Source of the DNA: Minisyncoccota bacterium
GTDB lineage: Bacteria > Patescibacteriota > Minisyncoccia > SW-4-49-11
Direction of reading: 5' to 3'
Length of the DNA stretch: 48,217 nucleotides
Assembly (NCBI GenBank): GCA_032117235.1
Contig: JAULZW010000005.1
Coordinates: forward strand, 97,264 to 145,480
In this document: positions 1 through 9,706 of the stretch, in pieces
Layout: each line of letters starts with the position of its first letter
How positions within the stretch are numbered: the stretch's first letter is position 1
Made by a program: the position numbers and the translations under genes
Notes under the pieces: model-generated
The model's input: the letters and a program-made list of their open reading frames with translations, nothing else
Databases searched by the model: none
What the model was told of the DNA's origin: nothing

Positions 1-1272
1 GGAATGGTATCATGGAATTATAGTGATGCAGACGGAGATGCACAAGAATGGTGGAATGTACAAATATCTACTACTCCTGGCTTTAATCCAGGCGATATAG
101 TTATATGGTCAGGAGAACCTCAGATAGGAAGTGGATCTGGATCTGGAACAAAAAACAGTAATGACACCTCTGCAGACTTTTTTCCTCAACATAGGGGAAA
201 ACTAATTCCAGGCACAACATATTATACTCGTGTAAGAGTTGGGAATGCTAAAGCAAGTACAGGATGGATAACAGGGCCTGCATTTACAACTAAAATAAAT
301 AACCCCCCTAATTTAGATCAATTAAGTTGTGGCGGAGCGGGTACGGGATATACAACTGGACAAATTAATTGGAATTACACAGGAACAGATGAGTCTGGAG
401 ATGAATTGGTATTAAAAGCAAGATGGAAAAGAAATTTAGATACAGATTGGACATTAGTGGACTTACCATATAACACCAAATCTGGAAATATAGATATAAG
501 TAATTTAATATCAGGATATCCATATAATATAGAGGTAAGTTTAAACGATAATAGAAATAGTCACCTAGGAAATAGATGGAAAGGATGTGGAACATTAACT
601 CCTGAAAATTATCCAGAACCAGTTGTAGACTTTAGTGTAAGTAAATTTGGAGACGATAGTACATCTAAAACAAATGGTCAGACATTGGAATTAAAAACAG
701 GAGATAAATTAAGAGCTAGATGGGATATAACTGAAACTGCAGGATTAGATAGCTGTACATTAAGTACTGAGGGAGGAGATTTAGTTGCTGGTAATGGATT
801 TAATGGAAATATAACTAATAATGTCATAGATAGTACATCAGATTTGAGTTATACAATAAAATTGAATTGTACAGGAAAACCAGCGAATATAAATAGAGCT
901 TTTGAACAAAGAATTAATGTCATAGTATTATCCTATCCCAAAGTAAGTTGTAGTATAGAAGATGATAAGAAATCTGTTAAGACAGGAGACAGTAATATAA
1001 ATATAAAGCCAGTTGTAGAAAATGTAAGCGGACTGTATAATTGGGAGGTAAAAAAAGATGTTTCTGAAACAGCTATCTTCAGACAAGGCACTGGAACTAT
1101 TCCAAACCCAATGAGACTAGATTATACAGGTTTAGAATTTGGTAGATATAATCCATGGATAAAAGTATCCGTTAATAGGCCAGGAAATCCTGTTGTTACA
1201 AGAGAATCTACAACTACATGTCCAGCAATAGTAAACTTTGGTAATACTAATATAAGAGAAATTAGTCCTTAA
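1..1272 (+). CDS. Large extracellular/surface protein with fibronectin type III / Ig-like repeats, 5'-partial
   Basis: Frame is open from base 1. Fn3-like motifs (VSWNYSD...L.PGTTYYTRVRV; INWNY...L.SGYPYNIEV), Thr/Asn/Gly-rich, paired cysteines. Confidence 0.65.
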   Translation, partial: GMVSWNYSDADGDAQEWWNVQISTTPGFNPGDIVIWSGEPQIGSGSGSGTKNSNDTSADFFPQHRGKLIPGTTYYTRVRVGNAKASTGWITGPAFTTKINNPPNLDQLSCGGAGTGYTTGQINWNYTGTDESGDELVLKARWKRNLDTDWTLVDLPYNTKSGNIDISNLISGYPYNIEVSLNDNRNSHLGNRWKGCGTLTPENYPEPVVDFSVSKFGDDSTSKTNGQTLELKTGDKLRARWDITETAGLDSCTLSTEGGDLVAGNGFNGNITNNVIDSTSDLSYTIKLNCTGKPANINRAFEQRINVIVLSYPKVSCSIEDDKKSVKTGDSNINIKPVVENVSGLYNWEVKKDVSETAIFRQGTGTIPNPMRLDYTGLEFGRYNPWIKVSVNRPGNPVVTRESTTTCPAIVNFGNTNIREISP

Positions 1273-1365
1273 ATATATAATAGATTTTAATTATTATACA
1301 AGGTAGTATTGGTATACATACTACCTTGTGTTATAATATGTAAGGATAATAATTTGTATAATTTT

Positions 1366-2343
1366 ATGAAGAATAAAATATTAGTCACAGGGGGAACTGG
1401 ATTTATGGGGTCATATTTTATCAAGTATTTAATTAATAAATATCCTTACATAGAGATTACTAACTTAGATTCTTTGACTTATGCTGGTAATATACATAAT
1501 TTGGATAGTCTAGTAGATAATGGACGATATAAGTTTATTAAATCAGATGTCACAGATATAAACTCAATAGACAAAGCTGTACAAGAAAATAATATAGAAT
1601 TAATTGTCAATTTTGCTGCTGAGACTAATGTTGACAATTCAATAAAGTATCCACTCAAAGTTGTAAATACTAATGTCATAGGGGTAGCTTCTATCCTAGA
1701 AGTTGTTAGAAAATATGATATAGAATTGTTACAGATTAGTACAGATGAAGTTTTTGGTACTATTGCTGAAGGAGCTTTTAATGAAGAGTCTCCGTTTTCT
1801 CCTAATAGCCCTTATTCTGCTACTAAAGCAGGTGGAGATCTTTTATGTAGAGCTTATCATGAAACTTATGGAACTAAGGTAATAGTTACACATTGTTGTA
1901 ATGTTATGGGACCTAATCAATATCCTGAAAAGCTAATTCCTCTTACAATCACTAATTTATTAGAAAATAAAAAAACACCTCTTTATGGTGATGGTTTGAA
2001 TGTAAGGGAGTGGATTTATGTAGAAGATCATTCAAGAGCCATTGAATATATTATTGAGAACGGTTCTCATGGTGAAGTATATAATATTGGAACTGGTTAT
2101 GAATTAACTAACTTAGATTTAGTGAGTAAAATATTGAATAGTTTAAATAAAAGTATTGATCAAATTGAATATGTTAATGACAGACCTGGTCATGATAGGC
2201 GCTATGCTATAGATAGTTCTAAATTACGAAATTTGGGCTGGACTCCATACTTTGATTTTGATACTGCTATTAGTAAAACTATAGACTGGTATCGTGAAAA
2301 TAAAGCTTGGTGGGAGCCGTTGAAATATAATAGTTCTAAATAA
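1366..2343 (+). CDS. rfbB: dTDP-glucose 4,6-dehydratase
   Basis: ILVTGGTGFMG, LDSLTYAGN, STDEVFG, PNSPYSATK, DRPGHDRRY motifs. Start moved to ATG 1366 (MKNKILV). Confidence 0.95.
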   Translation: MKNKILVTGGTGFMGSYFIKYLINKYPYIEITNLDSLTYAGNIHNLDSLVDNGRYKFIKSDVTDINSIDKAVQENNIELIVNFAAETNVDNSIKYPLKVVNTNVIGVASILEVVRKYDIELLQISTDEVFGTIAEGAFNEESPFSPNSPYSATKAGGDLLCRAYHETYGTKVIVTHCCNVMGPNQYPEKLIPLTITNLLENKKTPLYGDGLNVREWIYVEDHSRAIEYIIENGSHGEVYNIGTGYELTNLDLVSKILNSLNKSIDQIEYVNDRPGHDRRYAIDSSKLRNLGWTPYFDFDTAISKTIDWYRENKAWWEPLKYNSSK

Positions 2344-2355
2344 ATTATATTATAT

Positions 2356-3426
2356 ATGAAAGGACTTATTGCAGCAGGAGGTAAAGGTACTAGATTAAGA
2401 CCTATTACTACAAATCGTAATAAACACACAATCCCTTTAGCCAATCAAAGTATGATTGAGTTGGCTGTTAATAAATTAGCACAAGCTGGGATTACAGATA
2501 TTGGCATCATAGTTAATATTGGTGATATTGAATTGGAGTCAATTCTGGGAGATGGCTTTAAGTATGGGGTAAATATTACTTATATAGAGCAAACAGGTGG
2601 TGCATTGGGAGTTGCCCATGTTATTTTGATGGCTCGCGACTTTCTTAAAGAAGATGATTTTGTTTTTTATTTAGGAGATAATATTATCTTAGGGGATATC
2701 AAAGATTTTATAGATATCTTTTATAACCAAAAGTTAAATGCCCTGCTTGCTTTATCTAAGGTAAAAGATCCAGAGAGATTCGGAGTTCCTAATATAAAAA
2801 ACGAGCGTATTGTAGAAGTTATTGAAAAGCCTCAAAACCCTCCTAGTCAATATGCAGTGGCAGGAATTTATATTTATGATAAAAATATCCATAATATAGT
2901 AGAAAATTTACTACCTAGTTCCAGAGGAGAATATGAAATATCTGATGCTCATACAGAGTTAATTAAAAAGGGCTTCATTGTAGGTTACTCTGAGATTACT
3001 GGGTGGTGGAAAGATACAGGTAAACCTCAAGATTTGCTAGAAGGAAATCAATTACTATTAGCTCAGATTAAAACTTCAGACATTCAAGGAGATGTAGAAA
3101 AAAATGTAACTATTGAAGGAAATGTAATTATAGAAAAAGGAGCTCAAATTAAAGATAAGAGCTTTATAAGAGGTCCAGTAATTATTGGTCAAAACACTGT
3201 TGTTTATAATAGTTATATTGGTCCATATACTTCAATTGGAAATGAATGTAAAATTGAAAATTCAGAAATTGAGCATTCTCTTCTAATGCACAATATTACT
3301 ATTCATAGCTCAAAAAGAATAGTGGATAGTATTATTGGGAATGGAGTATTAATTACAGATAAAGAAAATACTTTTCCCAAAGGGCATAAGTTAGTAATTG
3401 GAGATAACTCACAAGTAGAATTATAA
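2356..3426 (+). CDS. rfbA: Glucose-1-phosphate thymidylyltransferase, long form with C-terminal left-handed beta-helix
   Basis: AAGGKGTRLRPIT, PSSRGEYEISD, GWWKDTG and a hexapeptide-repeat tail; follows rfbB. Confidence 0.9.
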   Translation: MKGLIAAGGKGTRLRPITTNRNKHTIPLANQSMIELAVNKLAQAGITDIGIIVNIGDIELESILGDGFKYGVNITYIEQTGGALGVAHVILMARDFLKEDDFVFYLGDNIILGDIKDFIDIFYNQKLNALLALSKVKDPERFGVPNIKNERIVEVIEKPQNPPSQYAVAGIYIYDKNIHNIVENLLPSSRGEYEISDAHTELIKKGFIVGYSEITGWWKDTGKPQDLLEGNQLLLAQIKTSDIQGDVEKNVTIEGNVIIEKGAQIKDKSFIRGPVIIGQNTVVYNSYIGPYTSIGNECKIENSEIEHSLLMHNITIHSSKRIVDSIIGNGVLITDKENTFPKGHKLVIGDNSQVEL

Positions 3427-3436
3427 ATATATTATT

Positions 3437-4300
3437 ATGAAGATTAGAAAAGCAATTATTACCGTAGCAGGGTTTGGAACTAGATTTTTACCAGCTACTA
3501 AAGCCCAACCTAAGGCAATGTTGCCATTAGTAGATAAACCAATTGTACAATATTTAGTAGAGGAAGCAGTGAAAGCAGGGATTGAGCAAATTATCTTTGT
3601 AACAGGTAAGGGTAAAAGAGCAATTGAAGATCATTTTGACTCTCATTTTGAATTAGAATACCTATTGGAGCAAAAAGGAAAGGAAGAAGTCTTAAGTCAA
3701 GTCAGAAATATAGCTGATATGGCAGAATTTTTCTTTGTAAGACAGCGCTATGCTCGAGGTAATGGAGATGCTGTACTTGCAACAAGAAGTTTTATTGGAG
3801 ATGAACCCTGTGCGGTCTTATTCGAAGATGATATTGTAGCCTCAGATATTCCAGCTATAGGTCAATTAATAGAGGTTTATAATAAATACAAAGACCCAGT
3901 AATTGCTCTTACTCGTGTTCCACATTCAGAGGTATCTAAATATGGTATTATTGAAGGAACTCAAGTTAATGATAGATTATTTGAGATTAATAAATTTGTA
4001 GAGAAACCTAAGCCAGCAGAAACTAATTCTAATTTGGCAGTAATTGGTAAGTATATAATTACTCCAGCTATCTTTGACAAATTAGAACAAATGAAAAACT
4101 CTGTAATTGGAGAGTTAGGTTTAGACCATGCTTTTATAGAAATATTGAAGACTAACCCTCTGTATGGTTATGAAATACAAGGACGACGTTATGACTGTGG
4201 AGATAAATTAGGCTATATACAAGCTGTAATTGACTTTGGATTGAAACATCCAGAAATTGGTAAGGGAGTAAGTAATCATATAAAAAATATAAAATTATAA
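3437..4300 (+). CDS. galU: UTP--glucose-1-phosphate uridylyltransferase
   Basis: KAIITVAGFGTRFLPATKAQPK, VEKP, RYDCGDKLGY. Confidence 0.93.
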   Translation: MKIRKAIITVAGFGTRFLPATKAQPKAMLPLVDKPIVQYLVEEAVKAGIEQIIFVTGKGKRAIEDHFDSHFELEYLLEQKGKEEVLSQVRNIADMAEFFFVRQRYARGNGDAVLATRSFIGDEPCAVLFEDDIVASDIPAIGQLIEVYNKYKDPVIALTRVPHSEVSKYGIIEGTQVNDRLFEINKFVEKPKPAETNSNLAVIGKYIITPAIFDKLEQMKNSVIGELGLDHAFIEILKTNPLYGYEIQGRRYDCGDKLGYIQAVIDFGLKHPEIGKGVSNHIKNIKL

Positions 4301-4428
4301 ATTAGCTACATAAAATGATATACACAACAGAATTAATTCTTGACAAAACGCAGGTGGTATATAATAGTAAATATAAAGAAAGTATGATAAAATAAAAATA
4401 TACATAATATAAAGTAAAATAAATCAGT

Positions 4429-5718
4429 ATGCAAAATAGAGCCATAAGAAGAGGCTTCACTCTACTAGAGATATTGTTAGTAATAGCAACAATAGGAATA
4501 TTAGCATCTATAGTATTGGTAGCTATAAATCCCACAAGACAGATAGCACAGTTAAGGAATGCAGAGAGGAGAGTGGAGATAAATAGTATACAGCAAGCAA
4601 TAGAACAATATTTCGCAAATACAAGGAGTTATCCAACAGGGATAACAGCTGCAATGCAAAATATATGTATAAATGGAAATACAGTAAACTGTTTAAATTT
4701 AGCAACATTAGTTCCAGATTATATACCAGAAATACCAATAGATCCACAAGGTGAAGCATATACAGTAGGTATAAATACAACAAATAATAGACTAAGAATA
4801 AGTGCGGGTCAAGCAGAGTTAGGAGAAATAATAGCAATAAATTTATGTCCAACAGGATATATAGTAGTACCAGGAAATAGTATATACGGAACTAAAGACT
4901 TTTGTGTAATGAAATATGAGGCAAAAGCAGTAGCAATCAGTTCCCCAACCGTAGGGTTAACAAGTCCAAACACAGTAAGTAGTGGAGTTAATATTGATAC
5001 AATAGATAATAACACAACTGCAACCACTGCCGCCAATAATAGAACTATAGCCAGTGTAGCTAGTGGGTATCCAATAGGGAATATATCTCAGCTCACAGCA
5101 AAAAGTTACTGTACTACAGCTGGTGCTAGTTTAATCAAGAATTCAGAATGGATGACAATAGCAAGGAATATAGAAAGACAAGCTAGTAACTGGAGGAATG
5201 GCATTATAGGATCAGCGGATTCATCAGGAGGAGGACTATGGAGAGGTCATACTGATTCTATGCCACTTAAAGTTCTAGTAGCCAGTACAGATGACAGTCA
5301 AGGCTATACGGGTACAGAAAATACTAGTCCAAGTAGAGAGAGAAGAACTCATACTTTAAGCAATGGAGAAGTAATCTGGGATTTAAGTGGCAATATTTGG
5401 GAATGGACCGATGATACAATATTAAATGAAGACAGACCAAAAGAAGTGTCTTCACCAGCTTTTGCCCAAAGAGAATATACAGCTATAGATAATTATGGAA
5501 CCTTAAGCTATGATTTAATAAGCCCTAGTAATAATACATGGAATAGCTCCCATAATATGGGAAAGATATCCAGTGGAACTTTTTCCATTGAACGTACATG
5601 GGCTTTTCTACGTGGAGGTTGGACTTATGGTAATGGAGCAGGGATCTATTCTCTATTTTTAGGCAATACTACATCAGATATTTGGGGTCTGTTTGGCTTC
5701 CGTTGTGTGGTGAGATGA
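4429..5718 (+). CDS. Type IV pilin fused to a C-terminal FGE-sulfatase-like (C-type lectin fold) domain; candidate DGR target
   Basis: Prepilin motif RRG|FTLLEILLV. C-terminal half has CPTGYIVVPG, FCVMKYEAK, IWDLSGNIWEWT, FLRGG...GFRC. Confidence 0.85.
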   Translation: MQNRAIRRGFTLLEILLVIATIGILASIVLVAINPTRQIAQLRNAERRVEINSIQQAIEQYFANTRSYPTGITAAMQNICINGNTVNCLNLATLVPDYIPEIPIDPQGEAYTVGINTTNNRLRISAGQAELGEIIAINLCPTGYIVVPGNSIYGTKDFCVMKYEAKAVAISSPTVGLTSPNTVSSGVNIDTIDNNTTATTAANNRTIASVASGYPIGNISQLTAKSYCTTAGASLIKNSEWMTIARNIERQASNWRNGIIGSADSSGGGLWRGHTDSMPLKVLVASTDDSQGYTGTENTSPSRERRTHTLSNGEVIWDLSGNIWEWTDDTILNEDRPKEVSSPAFAQREYTAIDNYGTLSYDLISPSNNTWNSSHNMGKISSGTFSIERTWAFLRGGWTYGNGAGIYSLFLGNTTSDIWGLFGFRCVVR

Positions 5719-5981
5719 GGTGATTTATTTTATTATACATACTGCTATAAAAATTTATAATTATTATCCCAAAGCTCTGTCTCTTCTAGTTATAATATTA
5801 TTTTATACATAATAAAATAATATTATTTAGATCTTAAATCAAAAAACATTCTAATTTATAATATCAGTTATTTTAACTAAAATAAAAGTTGGTTTATAAG
5901 ATAATTGTACACATAAACTTGAATCTAAGCTGTGTTTATGATATAATATTTAACATTACTATTGATAAATAAGTATAATTT

Positions 5982-7250
5982 ATGAAAATTATTAGAAAAG
6001 ATTTACCTAAATCTAAGGTAGAGCTGAGTATCCAAATTGAGAAAGATAAGATGATTGTTTATATTGATAAAACTACTTCTAAACTTGCTAAGCAAATTAC
6101 TATGCCAGGTTTTCGTAAAGGTGAAGCTCCCAAAGAGTTAGTTGTAAAACAGATTCATCCAACTGATTTGCTAAATGAAACATTTGAGTATGCTATTAAT
6201 GAATCTTATAAGCAGGCAATTGAGAAAGAAAAATTATCTCCACTAGATAGTCCAGAGATTAAATTATCAGAAAAAGCATCTAAAGATAATTTGGAATATA
6301 CGGCTATTATAAGTATTATGCCAGATATAAAGTTGCCAGATTGTAAAAAATTGGCAGAAAAAATTACTAAAGAGCAAGAAAATATTTCTGATAAAGATGT
6401 TGAAGAAGCTAAAAAATATTTACAAAAATCTCGAGGAACCCAAAATATTGTAGATAGAGAGTCTAAAGCTGGAGATATAGTAAGTTTAGATTATGTTTTG
6501 ACCATAGGTAAAAAAGAGTTTGATAAATCTTATAAAATGCCAGTAGAAATCGGAGCAGGAAATTTTATTCCTGGCTTTGAAAATGAAATTATTGGTCTTA
6601 AATCTGGGGATAAAAAAGAATTTGATATTCAATTTCCAGATGAATATCATAATAAAGATTTGGCTGGGAAAAAAAGTCACTTTGCGATTTCTGTTAATGA
6701 TGTACAAGAAATTAATGTACCTGCTTGGGATGATGAATTTGCTAAAGAATTAACTAATGGAGAAAAAACTATTTCTGATCTTGAGATGAGCTTAAAAGAA
6801 GGTCTGATTGCTGAAAGAAAAAAAGAAGTTCAAACTCAATATACTCAAGCTATAGTGGATGAGATTTTAGCTAATATTAATGTGGATTTGCCAGATGTAT
6901 TGGTAATTGCAGAAAGAGACCAAATTATACAAGAAATGGAGCAGAGAGCTTTATATTCAGGGAATACTCTAGATGATGCCTTAGTTCAGTCTGGTAAGAC
7001 TAGAGATAGTTTATTGGAGGAGGCTATACCACAAGCTGAGTCTAGAGTAAAGTTAATGCTTGTTTTAAGAGCTATTGCAGCAGAACAAGGTTTCAAAGCT
7101 GATGAAAAAGAAGTTCAACACCGTATAAATCATATTCTAGAGAGATATTCTGATAAGGAAAAACAAAATATAGACATACAAAGATTGACTACAATAGTTA
7201 CTGCTGAGATAACAGATAAAATATCTCTAGATTATATTGGTAATTTGTAA
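5982..7250 (+). CDS. tig: Trigger factor
   Basis: PGFRKGEAP ribosome-binding motif; FKBP domain FIPGFE...FPDEYH..LAGK. Confidence 0.95.
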   Translation: MKIIRKDLPKSKVELSIQIEKDKMIVYIDKTTSKLAKQITMPGFRKGEAPKELVVKQIHPTDLLNETFEYAINESYKQAIEKEKLSPLDSPEIKLSEKASKDNLEYTAIISIMPDIKLPDCKKLAEKITKEQENISDKDVEEAKKYLQKSRGTQNIVDRESKAGDIVSLDYVLTIGKKEFDKSYKMPVEIGAGNFIPGFENEIIGLKSGDKKEFDIQFPDEYHNKDLAGKKSHFAISVNDVQEINVPAWDDEFAKELTNGEKTISDLEMSLKEGLIAERKKEVQTQYTQAIVDEILANINVDLPDVLVIAERDQIIQEMEQRALYSGNTLDDALVQSGKTRDSLLEEAIPQAESRVKLMLVLRAIAAEQGFKADEKEVQHRINHILERYSDKEKQNIDIQRLTTIVTAEITDKISLDYIGNL

Positions 7251-7263
7251 TTGAAGAATATTA

Positions 7264-7298
7264 TACTCAGGGGTTGATATCAGTATCACCTCTGAGTA
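7264..7298 (+). terminator. Imperfect hairpin after tig, probable terminator
   Basis: tactcaggggttgata / tatcacctctgagta inverted repeat. Confidence 0.5.
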
Positions 7299-7337
7299 AT
7301 TTACAGATTTGAAAATAAATATTATAATATTTACATA

Positions 7338-7411
7338 GCGCGTATAGCTCAGTTGGTTAGAGCGCATCCTTGACGTGGATGAGGTCAATGGTTCGAATCC
7401 ATTTATGCGCA
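7338..7411 (+). tRNA. tRNA-Val(GAC), CCA not encoded
   Basis: Acceptor gcgcgta/tatgcgc, anticodon arm catcc-ttGACgt-ggatg, T loop ttcgaat; followed by CTA rather than CCA. Confidence 0.95.
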
Positions 7412-7413
7412 CT

Positions 7414-8844
7414 ATGAAAAACATAATACCTAACTTTAGTCTATCCATACAATTAGGTATCTTAGGGGGAGCTTTAATAGGCTCTTTTTTTGTTTTGCAA
7501 TCTATTTGGATTATAGCTACAATTCTACTTGTAACAATAATATATTGGTTGTGCAGGGATATTAGGTTATTAATTGTACTATTTGCTTTGATTTCAATGA
7601 TTATTTTTGGAGATTATGTTAATGATATTATCGTGAAATATAATAAAATTCAAGACAGTATCCCAAATAAATTAGAAAATATACAAATAATTATAGAGTC
7701 TAGTCCCAGAATACAAAAGTTTGGACATCAATATAAGGTATATATACCAGAGTATAATGCTAATGCCTTTATGACTATTAATAATTCAAATTTAGAATAT
7801 GGGGACAAATTAAATATTAATGCTAAGACTTCTATCCCAAATGAAAATGGTATAAAAAGATTTTTATTAGGTAGAAATATTCATATTTATATGACAGTAT
7901 CAAAATATCAGGAATTAGATGCAAGTCAATGCCAATTGAAATGTCGTATGATTAATGGAATTTTTAATATAAGGAATATCATACTAAATAGAATTGACTC
8001 AACCTATCCTAATCAAGTAGGTGAGTTTTTAAAAGGTATTTTAATTGGATATACAGATACTTTGCCTAATGATATCAAGGAGTCTTTCAAAAAAACTGGA
8101 GTGAGTCATGTTTTAGCTGTTTCAGGCTATAATATGGCAATTATAGTTATGTTAGTTTATAAACAGCTTATTAATAGACAGTTTTCTAGAAAAATTTCAT
8201 TTTGGATTACAATTTTTACTATGATTCTCTTTACTCTTTTGACTGGATCCGAGGCTTCTATTATGAGAGCTGGTATTTTCGCTATGCTTATATTGAGTGC
8301 CGAGCAATTACAAAGATATGTGGGTGGTATCAGACCATTAATATTATGTGCTACTGTTCTGGTTATTATAAATCCTTTATATATTGCTTATGATATAGGA
8401 TTTCAACTTTCATTTTTAGCAGTGATTGGTTTAATTATTTATGGCCAAATATTTAAAACATATACAGAAGGTATTCCGAGTTTAGGATTATTACCTATGA
8501 TTGGAGAGACTTTTTTTGCTCAAATTTTAGTATTACCAATTTTAATGTATTATTTTGGTCAAATTTCTATTATCTCAATTTTAGCTAATATTCTAATTGT
8601 CCCGATTATTCCTTTAGCTATGGCTTGGGGTAGTATAACCAGTTTATTTCTGACTTGGCCAATGTTCACCTATCCTTTAGTTATAATTATTCAGTCAGTA
8701 TTGGGTCTGAATAATTATTTAGCTAATATTAGTTGGGCTAGCATTGATGTTCCTAAAATCACTGGATTTATGGTAATATCAATATATGTTATATTAGGTG
8801 TAAGTTATTTTTTGTATATAAATAAAAAGACATATGAAAATTAA
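7414..8844 (+). CDS. comEC: ComEC/Rec2 competence membrane channel domain
   Basis: TGVSHVLAVSGYN, SIMRA, DIGFQLSFLA, multiple TM helices. Start placed at ATG 7414, the first ATG outside the tRNA. Confidence 0.9.
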   Translation: MKNIIPNFSLSIQLGILGGALIGSFFVLQSIWIIATILLVTIIYWLCRDIRLLIVLFALISMIIFGDYVNDIIVKYNKIQDSIPNKLENIQIIIESSPRIQKFGHQYKVYIPEYNANAFMTINNSNLEYGDKLNINAKTSIPNENGIKRFLLGRNIHIYMTVSKYQELDASQCQLKCRMINGIFNIRNIILNRIDSTYPNQVGEFLKGILIGYTDTLPNDIKESFKKTGVSHVLAVSGYNMAIIVMLVYKQLINRQFSRKISFWITIFTMILFTLLTGSEASIMRAGIFAMLILSAEQLQRYVGGIRPLILCATVLVIINPLYIAYDIGFQLSFLAVIGLIIYGQIFKTYTEGIPSLGLLPMIGETFFAQILVLPILMYYFGQISIISILANILIVPIIPLAMAWGSITSLFLTWPMFTYPLVIIIQSVLGLNNYLANISWASIDVPKITGFMVISIYVILGVSYFLYINKKTYEN

Positions 8845-9661
8845 AATCCTAGTCTTTATTCTAATACTAACAGTATTCATATATGGTAATAGAGAATATA
8901 GGGTATTATCACAGCCAGTAAATAAAATTTCTTTTCTCAATATCGGACAGGGAGATGCTAGTTTAATTACTTCTAAAAGAGGGGATAGGATTATTATTGA
9001 TTGTGGGCCAGATTCTAAGATAATTGATCAATTAGAGTCTAAATTAAGTTTTTGGGCTCGTCGTATTGATATGATTATTATCACCCATGGAGATAAAGAT
9101 CATTATGGTGGTTGTAGAGATGTAATTCAGAAATATAAAGTCGGTAAAATAATGATTAATGGAGTTTTTGATAGTCAAAATCAAAGTTATCAAGGATTAT
9201 TAGATTTTATTAAAGATAAGGGAATTACAATTTTACCATCTATTGAAAATACTTATATTACTTTGGGGGATAGTATAGAATTACATTTATTAAATCCTCA
9301 GAGCAATCTTTGGGGCCAGGATATTAAAAATGATAATTCAGAATCAATAATAATTCTACTCAAGAGTGCCAATAACTCAATACTTTTGACTGGAGATGCT
9401 GATTACAAAACAGAAACAAAAATTTTGCAAAAATACCCACAATTAGATGTAGATATTCTAAAGGCTGGGCATCATGGTAGTAAAACTTCCACCTCCGATA
9501 ACCTATTAGATGCTATCACTCCCAAACAAGTAATTATATCAGCTGGAGCCAACAATTCCTATAATCACCCACATCCTGATGTTATAGATAAACTCAAAAG
9601 TAGAAAAATAGAAATTCAAGAAGTAAAAAACTTTATGACAGGTATTGACATTTCATTATAA
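8834..9661 (+). CDS. ComEC-type metallo-beta-lactamase-fold nuclease (separate C-terminal domain)
   Basis: FLNIGQGDA, THGDKDHYGG, LLTGDA, GHHGSKTS, YNHPH; own N-terminal hydrophobic anchor; overlaps the comEC stop. Confidence 0.9.
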   Translation: MKIKILVFILILTVFIYGNREYRVLSQPVNKISFLNIGQGDASLITSKRGDRIIIDCGPDSKIIDQLESKLSFWARRIDMIIITHGDKDHYGGCRDVIQKYKVGKIMINGVFDSQNQSYQGLLDFIKDKGITILPSIENTYITLGDSIELHLLNPQSNLWGQDIKNDNSESIIILLKSANNSILLTGDADYKTETKILQKYPQLDVDILKAGHHGSKTSTSDNLLDAITPKQVIISAGANNSYNHPHPDVIDKLKSRKIEIQEVKNFMTGIDISL

Positions 9662-9706
9662 ATATAGTAATATGATAAAAATTATTAACATTTTATCTTT
9701 AATTAT

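Noticed and set aside
130-150. ggaagtggatctggatctgga short tandem repeat
   Set aside because: Encodes an ordinary Gly-Ser linker.
5719-5981. Possible DGR template repeat or homing hairpin downstream of the CLec pilin
   Set aside because: AT-rich sequence with no similarity to the variable region and no convincing GC-rich hairpin.
7375-7413. N-terminal extension of ComEC given in the ORF track
   Set aside because: Lies inside the tRNA-Val gene.
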